This document shows positions 15,471 through 23,098 of a DNA stretch of 24,000 nucleotides, piece by piece. A program made the translations under genes and the position numbers. The notes under the pieces were generated by a model. The model saw only the letters and a program-made list of their open reading frames with translations. It made no database searches and was not told the origin of the DNA. Each line of letters begins with the position of its first letter. Within the stretch, counting starts at the first letter, position 1. Location: the NCBI RefSeq assembly GCF_014280195.1, contig NZ_CP047960.1, forward strand, positions 1,218,220-1,242,219, in the 5' to 3' direction. Source of the stretch: Synechococcus sp. A15-24. Lineage in GTDB: Bacteria > Cyanobacteriota > Cyanobacteriia > PCC-6307 > Cyanobiaceae.

Positions 15471-16676
15471 TCAACGCAGTGAGCGTCCCTTCCAGGTCCA
15501 CCCCTGACCGGTGAAGGTCCGCCAAACCGACACGGGCCCGATGGCGCCAACAATCAACCCTCCGGCCCCCATCAGCCACCAGTAATCGATGGGTAGTTGA
15601 AATTCCCGTCTGGTCCACAGACGCAGGATGAACTGCTGAAGAACTGCGACTGTGGCGGCAGCCAGCAGAGCCAGCCACCACCGCTGAGCGATCGGGAGAA
15701 CCAACAACAATCCAGTCGAAACTGGAATCAGCAACCAGGGCAGGCTGAACATCAGCACCACCACGCCAGCAGCAGCCAGTCCTTTGCCGGGATCGCGATC
15801 CAGTCCAAGGCACCAGTTTTTGGTCCAGCCTTCCCACAACGCGGCCAGATCGGCGTACATACGCAGATCAACGGCATCAAGACCCAGCAGGTAGCGCAAG
15901 CGATAACCGCCCGTCTTGATCCTGCGCGCCAATGCCAGATCCTCCACCACCTCTGCCGCCAGAGCACGGTGCCCACCGATCCGCTCATAAACACTGCGGC
16001 GGATGAGCATGAACGGTCCCGCAGCAAAGGCAACGTCGGAGTCGGGATCATTGGCGGCCTCGATCGGAAAACCCAGCCCCAGCAGGCTGGCCATGATCGG
16101 TTGCACCATCCATTCGGCCAAGCAGCCACAGGTGAGTCGCGGCGCCAGGCTCAACAGATCCGCCTGATCCGCGATCGCCTGAGCCAGTGCTCGTGGGATG
16201 GCATCGGCTTGAAGCTGCACATCGGCATCGATGAACAGCACCCAGTCGCTGCGCACCTGCTCCATGGCCCGGGTGCACGCCCAGTTCTTGCCCACCCAGC
16301 GTTCAGAGGCCGGACGGGGACCTGCCGGCAGCACACTGAACCCCGCCGTGGACTGCGGGTGGCGGGCAGCACAGGCCACCGCCAGCTCCGCTGTGGCATC
16401 GGTTGAGTCGTCATCCACCACCAACACCTGCCACTCCACGCAGGGGGGCTGGCCCTTGAGCACGCTGGCCAGGCAAGCGCCGATGTTGCCGGCTTCGTTG
16501 TAGGCCGGAATCACCACCGTGAGGGAGGTCCGGGGCACAGGCGTGTCCGCCGCAGCCTGCAACTGCGGCGCCACTGCGAACACCCGCCAGAGACCGAGCT
16601 GCAGGATCAACAGGCCAATGCAGGAGGCCATGGCGGTGGCCAGCAACCCCAGCGCAACGATCACCAGTGGATCCAA
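15471..16676 (-). CDS. membrane-bound family-2 glycosyltransferase (CrtQ/HpnB-like architecture)
   Basis: 401 aa. An N-terminal TM helix, then a GT-A core (VVIPAYNEAGNI, VVDDDSTDAT, DXD in FIDADV), then three or four C-terminal TM helices. The start is TTG 16676 (14 nt from repeat copy 2) or ATG 16631. It is convergent with frp across a 38-bp gap. Confidence 0.8.
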   Translation of the reverse strand: MDPLVIVALGLLATAMASCIGLLILQLGLWRVFAVAPQLQAAADTPVPRTSLTVVIPAYNEAGNIGACLASVLKGQPPCVEWQVLVVDDDSTDATAELAVACAARHPQSTAGFSVLPAGPRPASERWVGKNWACTRAMEQVRSDWVLFIDADVQLQADAIPRALAQAIADQADLLSLAPRLTCGCLAEWMVQPIMASLLGLGFPIEAANDPDSDVAFAAGPFMLIRRSVYERIGGHRALAAEVVEDLALARRIKTGGYRLRYLLGLDAVDLRMYADLAALWEGWTKNWCLGLDRDPGKGLAAAGVVVLMFSLPWLLIPVSTGLLLVLPIAQRWWLALLAAATVAVLQQFILRLWTRREFQLPIDYWWLMGAGGLIVGAIGPVSVWRTFTGQGWTWKGRSLR

Positions 16677-16689
16677 AGGCTGTCGGCAA

Positions 16690-17152
16690 GCACGCCATTC
16701 CCAACATCGGTGGGCGCTGCCCCAGAGGCAATGCGCCTTAACACCGATTGCCGGATGTGCTCCACGCGACCAACACTGTGGTCATCGAGATCGGAGGTGC
16801 CCATGACGGCCGACACTCCACCTGAGCAACACCCAGAAGCTGCCTGACTGACTCGGCTCCTGCTCCAACAGTTTCCACCCATCCGTAAGGCTCGTCCTTT
16901 GGCAGGCTTTCCTTGAGCGCCACGTCAATCGACACTCCATTGCACCGTCTTCAGGTGCCCAGGAGTCCACAAGCCTTCACAACTGGACCCCATGGCCCCA
17001 GGCGCCATCCAGCCAGACGCTTCGACCGTTTCTTCAGTCCCTTTGCTTGAGGTTCCAACTCCCTGAAGCATTACTGATCAGGTCGATTGCTATGCACAAA
17101 CGAGCGAGATAGGCCGTCCTTCCCATCCGGGAGGGGCGGCCTTCCCCTTGTT
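16690..17152. repeat. 463-bp direct repeat, copy 2 (right boundary of the OCP cassette)
   Basis: See copy 1: 458/463 identical, same orientation, offset exactly 4142 bp. Confidence 0.95.
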
Positions 17153-17356
17153 CATATGGTGCAATTAAGGTGTGGAGCTGATGTTTACCGAACGCAATCA
17201 ATGATTTGCCGGATTGCAGCGGCTCGCATATGTTTTCTGGGTGAAGAGAAGTGCAGGCGACAGATTCCACTAAGCGGTGCATGCCTCGGCTGTCTGATTG
17301 CACCCTGATCGCTCCACGGCGTTGACTTCACGCAACCGTGATTCCGGAGACGAGCC

Positions 17357-17521
17357 ATGACATCAGCCTCTGTGGTGACCACGCGCGATGGAGACACCGT
17401 GCGCATGTTTCAGGGCGTGGATGGACCGTTTTACCGCGCCTGCAACGGCAACCGCTGCGTGAACTGCCGAGATCTGGTGATCGCCCTCGAGCATCTCAAG
17501 GTCTGGCGTCAGAAGCTCTGA
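17357..17521 (+). CDS. hypothetical small protein (54 aa)
   Basis: Hand-translated as MTSASVVTTRDGDTVRMFQGVDGPFYRACNGNRCVNCRDLVIALEHLKVWRQKL. Protein-like, with a C-x4-C-x2-C cluster. It replaces ORF-track 17338..17535, which is in another frame and is Arg/Pro-rich. Confidence 0.4.
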   Translation: MTSASVVTTRDGDTVRMFQGVDGPFYRACNGNRCVNCRDLVIALEHLKVWRQKL

Positions 17522-17550
17522 GCGGTCGCCCGTGAACGGGGGCTGACGGA

Positions 17551-17787
17551 TTACTTCTGGCGCTTAAAGGTGTAGCAACCACCGTGGTAACCGGTGAAGG
17601 GCTGGGCATAGGTGGTGAGCTCCCAGCCCTGTTCCCCCAGCTCATTCATCAACCCCACCAAGGTCACATCACGCTGGGGGTGGCTGCGGGAAATGATCTG
17701 ACGATCATCCAGCCACAACTCTTCGATCTCACCGGTCCACGACTTACCGCGGGGCACAAAGCGGAGCTGGGTGTATTCCCACTTCAT
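17551..17787 (-). CDS. DUF4177-like small protein
   Basis: ORF-track 17551..17967 trimmed to the ATG at 17787: MKWEYTQLRFVPRGK...LMNELGEQGWELTTY... The MKWEY start and the LNELGEEGWEL-type motif fit DUF4177. Confidence 0.55.
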   Translation of the reverse strand: MKWEYTQLRFVPRGKSWTGEIEELWLDDRQIISRSHPQRDVTLVGLMNELGEQGWELTTYAQPFTGYHGGCYTFKRQK

Positions 17788-17810
17788 CGCGGACCGGTAG
17801 GGGCAGTGGA

Positions 17811-18062
17811 TCAAAGCACGCCGAGTGGGCTCTTCTTCTTCTTGCAGTAGCCAGCGCCGATGTTCATCCAACCGGCCTTGCAGGCCTGGCCATTGGTGGG
17901 AGCTACCTCGTAATACACCGGAGACACACAGGTGGTACCGAGGGTGTTGACGTAGCCAGCAGGGCACTGATCAAAACCGGGGGCCTTGGGGATCTCCTTC
18001 TGCGCCAGGGCAGCGGAAGGAGCCACCAACAAAGGAAGCAGGGCGAGAAGAACGGAGCGCAT
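17811..18062 (-). CDS. secreted small Cys-loop protein (83 aa)
   Basis: ORF-track 17811..18188 trimmed to the ATG at 18062. Signal peptide MRSVLLALLPLLVAPSAALA|QKE. The mature part has two 13-residue Cys-bounded loops, CPAGYVNTLGTTC and CKAGWMNIGAGYC, and a KKKK tail. Its stop lies 23 nt upstream of the DUF4177 gene. Confidence 0.5.
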   Translation of the reverse strand: MRSVLLALLPLLVAPSAALAQKEIPKAPGFDQCPAGYVNTLGTTCVSPVYYEVAPTNGQACKAGWMNIGAGYCKKKKSPLGVL

Positions 18063-18180
18063 CAGGCGAAAGCGGCAAGAGCACCCAACGGTTTTAGGCA
18101 AATCCGCAGCAATCGACAGCCCTTCGCACGACAATTGTGCAAAGGATCCGACAGAGTGCCGGCACTTTAGGCTCCTACCC

Positions 18181-18483
18181 ATGACCACTCCCAGCCGCGA
18201 TCAGGTGCTGGCATCCTCCGCCGGTTGGGTGGCCGTGCTGCTCAACGTGGTGCCCGGACTCGGGGCCGGCTACCTCTACCAGCGCCGCTGGCGGGCCTAC
18301 TGGATCACCTCGGCTGTGGCCACCGCCTGGTTCGTGGCAGGTGCCGTGCTGGCTCAGGATGCGGACGCTGCTGCCGAAGCGCAGAACCAACTGGTGGGGT
18401 TGATCGGCCTGCTGGTGCTGGCGGGGGTGACCGCCACCGAAGCCGGCCTAACACTGAAGCAGGTGCGTCAGTCACTCTCCTGA
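18181..18483 (+). CDS. hypothetical membrane protein (100 aa)
   Basis: ORF-track 17986..18483 trimmed to the ATG at 18181: MTTPSRDQVL... It has hydrophobic segments WVAVLLNVVPGLGAGYLY, WITSAVATAWFVAGAVL and LVGLIGLLVLAGV. Confidence 0.5.
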   Translation: MTTPSRDQVLASSAGWVAVLLNVVPGLGAGYLYQRRWRAYWITSAVATAWFVAGAVLAQDADAAAEAQNQLVGLIGLLVLAGVTATEAGLTLKQVRQSLS

Positions 18484-18491
18484 TCTGAGGG

Positions 18492-18656
18492 TTACTCAGG
18501 CAGGCGTTCAACTGCGACGTGCATGAAGCGCTTGACCATGGCGATCGGCCAGCCTTCACGCTGCAGCTCCTCAGCGATCTGATTGATCTGATTGGCAATC
18601 TCCTCAGCCACCAGCTCCTCAAGCAGGTGGTTTGAGTGCTGGGTGGATGCGGTCAT
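18492..18656 (-). CDS. hypothetical small acidic protein (54 aa)
   Basis: Hand-translated as MTASTQHSNHLLEELVAEEIANQINQIAEELQREGWPIAMVKRFMHVAVERLPE. Clean helical composition. It is below the ORF-track cutoff. Confidence 0.4.
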   Translation of the reverse strand: MTASTQHSNHLLEELVAEEIANQINQIAEELQREGWPIAMVKRFMHVAVERLPE

Positions 18657-18770
18657 GGCAAGCGTGATCTTCTACGGGGCTAACCCATCACTGCCGAGCG
18701 GCGCCACTGCAGCATCCGTGACGGATGCCATCACTGTGAAGACGTACGGTCTCTTCACTATTGAGATGCC

Positions 18771-19067
18771 ATGGAGAGGATGGTCTGGGCAATGGTGCTG
18801 ATGGTTGGTCCAGCAGCGGCCCTGGCGGAAGCCAGGTTTGAGTGGACGGAGACCACCAGCAAGGAATGCAGGGCCTACTTCCAGCAGGCCTACATCGACC
18901 AGGCCCGTGCACTGCCGCCGAAAGGCATGGGACGTGACTACTGCGGTTGCGTGAAGGACGCACTGGCCACCAACCCAGCCGCGGCGGATGTCACCCAGAT
19001 GTGTTCACTGATGGTGAATTCCAGATTTCAAACAGCATCACAACAGGTAAACACCTCAGACAACTGA
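18771..19067 (+). CDS. secreted hypothetical protein with 4 Cys (98 aa)
   Basis: Signal-like N-terminus MERMVWAMVLMVGPAAALA|EA. The mature part is protein-like (KECRAYFQQAYIDQARAL...DYCGCVKDAL...QMCSLM). Confidence 0.5.
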   Translation: MERMVWAMVLMVGPAAALAEARFEWTETTSKECRAYFQQAYIDQARALPPKGMGRDYCGCVKDALATNPAAADVTQMCSLMVNSRFQTASQQVNTSDN

Positions 19068-19469
19068 GCTGGCATTCGACTCACGGATTGGGATAACACA
19101 GGCAGCCAATCTGAAGCGGTGTCTGATCACGATCAACCCAGCCCAATCCGTTTCCACAGTTCCATTCACGACGATCAACCTTGTGAATGCCTGAGCTGCC
19201 GCAATCTGCGTGCTGCAATTCAACGCAACGCTGTTGCACAGCCACTGCAGTTGCGGCGGCGTTGAACCGTTGGCAGGGTGAAGGCATGAAGCACTCCTCT
19301 CTGCTGCAGCGACTCGGCACCTATCTGCTGGGGTTGGTGGACGAATACTGGGCCATGAGGCGACCCTGGCAGTACGGCAACAAACAGCCCCAGTGCGGCT
19401 TGCAATGCGATGGCGATCATTGCCAGCGCAGCGACGAAGCTATTTGAATCGCAAGAACAGAAAAAGGAA

Positions 19470-19499
19470 GGCGGCCGCTGGTGTGAGAGGGCGGCCGCC
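19470..19499 (-). terminator. GC-rich hairpin, terminator-like on the minus strand
   Basis: A 9-bp perfect stem GGCGGCCGC (19470-19478) / GCGGCCGCC (19491-19499) with a 12-nt loop. On the minus strand it is followed by TTCCTTTTTCTGTTCTT. On the plus strand there is no T-tract. Confidence 0.4.
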
Positions 19500-19595
19500 A
19501 GAGAGCCAACTTCCCGATCAGCTCCACGCATGTTTTAACCGCGGCTTAAAGCAGCAGCTGTTGGAATGGATACACCGTCGCTCCATCGAAGCTGC

Positions 19596-19913
19596 ATGAA
19601 TCATTCGGCTCAGGTTCTTGTTCTGTTGAGTTCGCTCCTCCAGGGGGTCGCTCTGGCCAACACCACGTCAAGAGAGCAGCAGTCGGTGATCGCACGCTGG
19701 ACCGGTGAAAACATCTGCAAGATGGGCACCGAACGGTTCTACGCACTGCCAGAGGACGACGTCCGCAAGCTTTTTGAAAGCCAGACGTCCATGCGGTACG
19801 ACGACATCCCGTTGAACCCAAGCGAATCAGAACGCAACAGAATCACGTCTCAACTCACCGGTTACATCTCTGCCGTTTGCCCAGGAGAACTGGAAAATTA
19901 TCGGAAACTGTGA
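19596..19913 (+). CDS. secreted hypothetical protein (105 aa)
   Basis: ORF-track 19566..19913 trimmed to the ATG at 19596. Signal peptide MNHSAQVLVLLSSLLQGVALA|NT. The mature part is protein-like with two Cys. Confidence 0.5.
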   Translation: MNHSAQVLVLLSSLLQGVALANTTSREQQSVIARWTGENICKMGTERFYALPEDDVRKLFESQTSMRYDDIPLNPSESERNRITSQLTGYISAVCPGELENYRKL

Positions 19914-19965
19914 TCCGCTCCACGTTGATGCGTGATGGTCAGTCCAGTGCAATTCAGGTGCTGAA

Positions 19966-20136
19966 CTACTCGTCTTGCTGGTCCGCGTCCAGACCAAGGC
20001 AGGCCTGCTTGTCGACCTGACACAACAACTGCATCAGGTTCTGGCGATCCACGGCAGAGAGTTCCCCACTGGTTTCCCACTTCAAGCAGGTGCGTCGCTG
20101 ACAGCTTCCTGTGTGGCCCTTAAGAACTTCAAACAT
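19966..20136 (-). CDS. hypothetical small protein (56 aa)
   Basis: A strong SD (AAGGAGG) lies 5 nt upstream of the ATG at 20136. Translation MFEVLKGHTGSCQRRTCLKWETSGELSAVDRQNLMQLLCQVDKQACLGLDADQQDE. It is below the ORF-track cutoff. Confidence 0.5.
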   Translation of the reverse strand: MFEVLKGHTGSCQRRTCLKWETSGELSAVDRQNLMQLLCQVDKQACLGLDADQQDE

Positions 20137-20243
20137 GGCAGCCTCCTTTGGCTGATGTCTGGACTCTTACGCCAAAACAACACAACGAATCAAGAGCATG
20201 AATACCCATCAATGTGCAGTGTGTCGGCTCCGGAGCCAGCCCG

Positions 20244-20462
20244 TCAGGAGTTGTGAAGTTGCAGGAGAAGTTTGGCCGCCAGGCCTCTGGACAGGCGACG
20301 GTTCACCAACAGATCACAGATCCAATCAAACAGAGGCGGTGCATCATCCACCTGGGCCAAACGCTGTTCGAGCTCTTTCAGTTCCTGAACGTGCCTACAG
20401 CCCCGCAAGGCATCGATCAGGGTGTCCTCGGTCGGCTTGCCAGACATTGGGGTTCCGACCAT
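20244..20462 (-). CDS. hypothetical small protein (72 aa; alternative ATG at 20447)
   Basis: Protein-like helical ORF (TEDTLIDALRGCRHVQELKELEQRLAQVDDAPPLFDWICDLLV). It is divergent from the GNAT gene. Confidence 0.45.
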   Translation of the reverse strand: MVGTPMSGKPTEDTLIDALRGCRHVQELKELEQRLAQVDDAPPLFDWICDLLVNRRLSRGLAAKLLLQLHNS

Positions 20463-20589
20463 CTCGGTCCTGTTGCACCTTCATGATTGCTACGTCATGG
20501 AGGTGCTGTTTGTCACCAGATGGGGGTAGGGCCACAGGCCTGAATCGGTTGATGCTCAAACTGCGATGCCCTGATCGAAGATCGCACCC

Positions 20590-21480
20590 ATGACGGCATC
20601 ACTGGAGATCAGACCCTTTCAGGAGACGGACCTGGACTTCGTCAGGCAACTGGCACGTCAGGAGGATTTTGCTCCTGGCATTGGGGACATCGCGATTTAT
20701 GCCAACACGGCGAATCAAGGGGTATGGCTGGCCTGGCAGGGCGATATGCCCGTGGGATGCATCGCTGCCGTGAAATACAACCCTGATTACGGCTTCATGG
20801 GTCTGTTTGTGGTGCACCCCGACCATCGCGGCGGTGGAGTGGGCAGGCAGCTCTGGGATCACGCTCTGGCATCACTCGCAGATGTGACGTGCATCGGACT
20901 GGAAGCCGCACCATCAATGGTGGAGTTCTACCAACGTCAGGGCTTCCGAAAGGATTCGATCACCACGCGCAGGCAACATCTGCGCCTTGAAGAGTCATCG
21001 CAACACCCCACACGGCGATTGCTGCATCGCAACGACATCACGATTGTTCCGCTCAAGGCCATCTCACTGGATGCGGTGCAGGCCTATGACGAACGTCATG
21101 AAATCAGCCCGCGGCCCCACTTCCTCCAACAGTGGCTGAATCACCAGGCTGGTGATGTCTTCGTCGCCATGGACGGCAGCCATCAGTGCCATGGCTATGT
21201 CCGCATCCGTCCATGCCTGCTGCCCATTGGCCAAGGCTGGAGAATCGGTCCATTGCTGGCAGAAGAGCCCGGGATCGCATCCTTGCTGCTGAGCAACGCC
21301 ATGGATCGGCACAAAGGAATTATCCTCATCGACACCCCAGGCCATAATCGATCAGCCCGAACCGTTGCAGGGGCTAAAGGATTTCGAAGCATGGGGGCAA
21401 CCCATCGGATGTACAAAGGCGACCTTGACAATGGCCACGACCAGAACATCTACGGCCTGGCTTGCCTGGAATTGGGCTGA
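20590..21480 (+). CDS. two-domain GNAT-family N-acetyltransferase
   Basis: 296 aa. The N-terminal GNAT core has the acetyl-CoA motif VHPDHRGGGVGRQLW. The C-terminal ~130 aa extension is as seen in YitH/Acetyltransf_18-type proteins. Confidence 0.75.
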   Translation: MTASLEIRPFQETDLDFVRQLARQEDFAPGIGDIAIYANTANQGVWLAWQGDMPVGCIAAVKYNPDYGFMGLFVVHPDHRGGGVGRQLWDHALASLADVTCIGLEAAPSMVEFYQRQGFRKDSITTRRQHLRLEESSQHPTRRLLHRNDITIVPLKAISLDAVQAYDERHEISPRPHFLQQWLNHQAGDVFVAMDGSHQCHGYVRIRPCLLPIGQGWRIGPLLAEEPGIASLLLSNAMDRHKGIILIDTPGHNRSARTVAGAKGFRSMGATHRMYKGDLDNGHDQNIYGLACLELG

Positions 21481-21491
21481 GGCACGGTGAA

Positions 21492-22178
21492 TCAAATCTG
21501 AACCATGCCGCAACGCATTCCCTTCAACACATCCTGCACTCTGTTGTTCACCTCCAACGTGCGCAACAGGCGCTTGGTGTAGGTGCGAGCGGTTTCTTCC
21601 GTCACCACAAGATCTTCAGCAATGTCGCGATCAGACATGCCGCGGGCAAGCCGATCCAACACCTCATATTCGCGAGGTGTGAGCCTCGGGCAGCTCAGAT
21701 AGGGAAGCTCATCAGACCGCAACGATGGGCTGCGGTAGGAGTGATGTCCCATCACCGCCAACACGGCCGCTTCCAGGGGTTTGCGGTCTTCGATGATGTC
21801 GGCTTCAGCGACAACAGCTTCCAGCCAGGGCGCGCTGTCGTATTCCACAGGGATGGCATCACTCAAAGCGAGCACAACAACCTTCAGATCCGGTTGGTGC
21901 TCACGCGCTTTGCGCACCAGCTCAAAGCCGTTACCGCGCTCCAGTAAATCCGTACAAAGGAGAAACTCGAATGTGTCTTGTTTGAGGTAATCCAAGCAGG
22001 ACACTTCATCGGTCACGGCACAACCGATCTGGGCACGTTCAGTCAGACTTTCACAGAAGCAACGCAGGAAGAAACGGCCCTTCATCGCCAAGGCAATCTT
22101 TCCGGTCATCGCAACTGACAACAACGGCTCGTCGTTCAGCTTCTTTGGTTGCTGTTGGAGATATGGCGTCAGATCCAT
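21492..22178 (-). CDS. LuxR/NarL-type regulator with atypical receiver domain
   Basis: 228 aa. C-terminal GerE/LuxR HTH (LTPREYEVLDRLARGMSDRDIAEDLVVTEETARTYTKRLL). In the N-terminal receiver-like domain, the phospho-Asp position is kept (LLCTDL) but the acidic pair is replaced (AMKG). Confidence 0.8.
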   Translation of the reverse strand: MDLTPYLQQQPKKLNDEPLLSVAMTGKIALAMKGRFFLRCFCESLTERAQIGCAVTDEVSCLDYLKQDTFEFLLCTDLLERGNGFELVRKAREHQPDLKVVVLALSDAIPVEYDSAPWLEAVVAEADIIEDRKPLEAAVLAVMGHHSYRSPSLRSDELPYLSCPRLTPREYEVLDRLARGMSDRDIAEDLVVTEETARTYTKRLLRTLEVNNRVQDVLKGMRCGMVQI

Positions 22179-22606
22179 GCCGAGAGCTGCTCCCTCTGCC
22201 CATCCTTGCCAGGCCGAGGAAGCATTCCGGAAACGCCGTTGTCAGTCGTCATAGACGCGACATTCAGGGGCATCTGGATTGAGATCGCAATGCACCTCAA
22301 GCGAGGTGGGATCTTTTTGATCACCGGGGTGATGGCTGCGGTAGGTCTCAAGGCCTTCGAGTTCCGTGGCGTAGTGACGCACCTTGGCTGATCGCCACTG
22401 GCTTCCGCTCGCGCCAACTGCTCACGGTCCTTGGCGATGTGGGTTTCGATCGTGTCCATCCAGGATTCAACAACTCGGGTGCATCCAACCTCCACACAGC
22501 CCCAGCTCACTACCCCCATCCGGGGACAGCAGAACTGTCCCCAAATGGGAGGCGATGGAATACACCCAGCCAGCGCACACTGACGCCACCAAAACGACGC
22601 TGCAGC

Positions 22607-22804
22607 ATGACCACAGCAAGCCTGAGAATCGGTGAACTTGAAGCGAACTATGCGCTGTACTGCAAAGCCCTGAAGATCCTGATCCGACAAGGCAAAACCA
22701 GTGCGGAATTGCATCGCACCATCTGCTGGAATCGCCTCGGTTTGCTTCACCGATCACTGCCTCGGCAGTACAAGTCGCCTGAGCGACTGATGTTGATGAT
22801 TTAG
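22607..22804 (+). CDS. possible small protein (65 aa)
   Basis: Sub-ORF of track 22439..22804 from the ATG at 22607: MTTASLRIGELEANYALYCKALKILIRQGKTSAELHRTICWNRLGLLHRSLPRQYKSPERLMLMI. Support is composition only. Confidence 0.25.
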   Translation: MTTASLRIGELEANYALYCKALKILIRQGKTSAELHRTICWNRLGLLHRSLPRQYKSPERLMLMI

Positions 22805-22855
22805 ACCGATCTTTCCAACAATGGCTCTGTTTAGGAGTCGTTGTTCAGATGGAAC

Positions 22856-22978
22856 TCAACGACGACGGCGCTTGATGATGGCTGGCTTCAACGGGCAGGC
22901 CAGGGCATGAAACGGTTGATGCTTGCCTTCCAGGATCATCGTGCCGATTGGATAGGCGTGGGCGAGTTCGAGCTTCAT
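22856..22978 (-). CDS. possible small protein (40 aa) with Arg tail
   Basis: Hand-translated as MKLELAHAYPIGTMILEGKHQPFHALACPLKPAIIKRRRR. Support is composition only. Confidence 0.2.
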   Translation of the reverse strand: MKLELAHAYPIGTMILEGKHQPFHALACPLKPAIIKRRRR

Positions 22979-23098
22979 GGGTTTAGCAACTCGCAGGATC
23001 AACGTCCTGCTACAGGCTCACGATGCCTCGCAGCTGAGTAATCGACTACCCCAATTCGCCGAGTCAGGAACATCTACTCAGTGCCTGAAAGCGGCAGA

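Noticed and set aside
15597-16406. 269-aa plus-strand ORF, plus several others (15334..15837, 15752..16129, 16048..16278, 16151..16414, 16231..16503, 16411..16731), inside the GT2 gene
   Set aside because: All overlap the GT2 reading frame, which has clear GT-A motifs. They are Gln/Pro/Arg/Gly-rich shadow frames.
12548-17152. The repeats as ends of an IS, MITE or composite transposon
   Set aside because: The copies are direct, not inverted. The unit has no terminal inverted repeats; its first ~20 nt and the reverse complement of its last ~20 nt are unrelated. No transposase ORF exists in the window.
19546-19821. 91-aa minus ORF ending 46 nt before the terminator-like hairpin
   Set aside because: It is antisense to a convincing signal-peptide protein gene and is rich in Arg/Cys/Pro/Trp. 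The positional coincidence is noted in the findings, but the ORF is not called.
22169-22750. 193-aa ORF upstream of the first LuxR gene
   Set aside because: It is Trp/Cys/Arg-rich, overlaps the LuxR start and two plus-strand ORFs, and has no motif. It is probably spurious, although its C-terminal third could be real.
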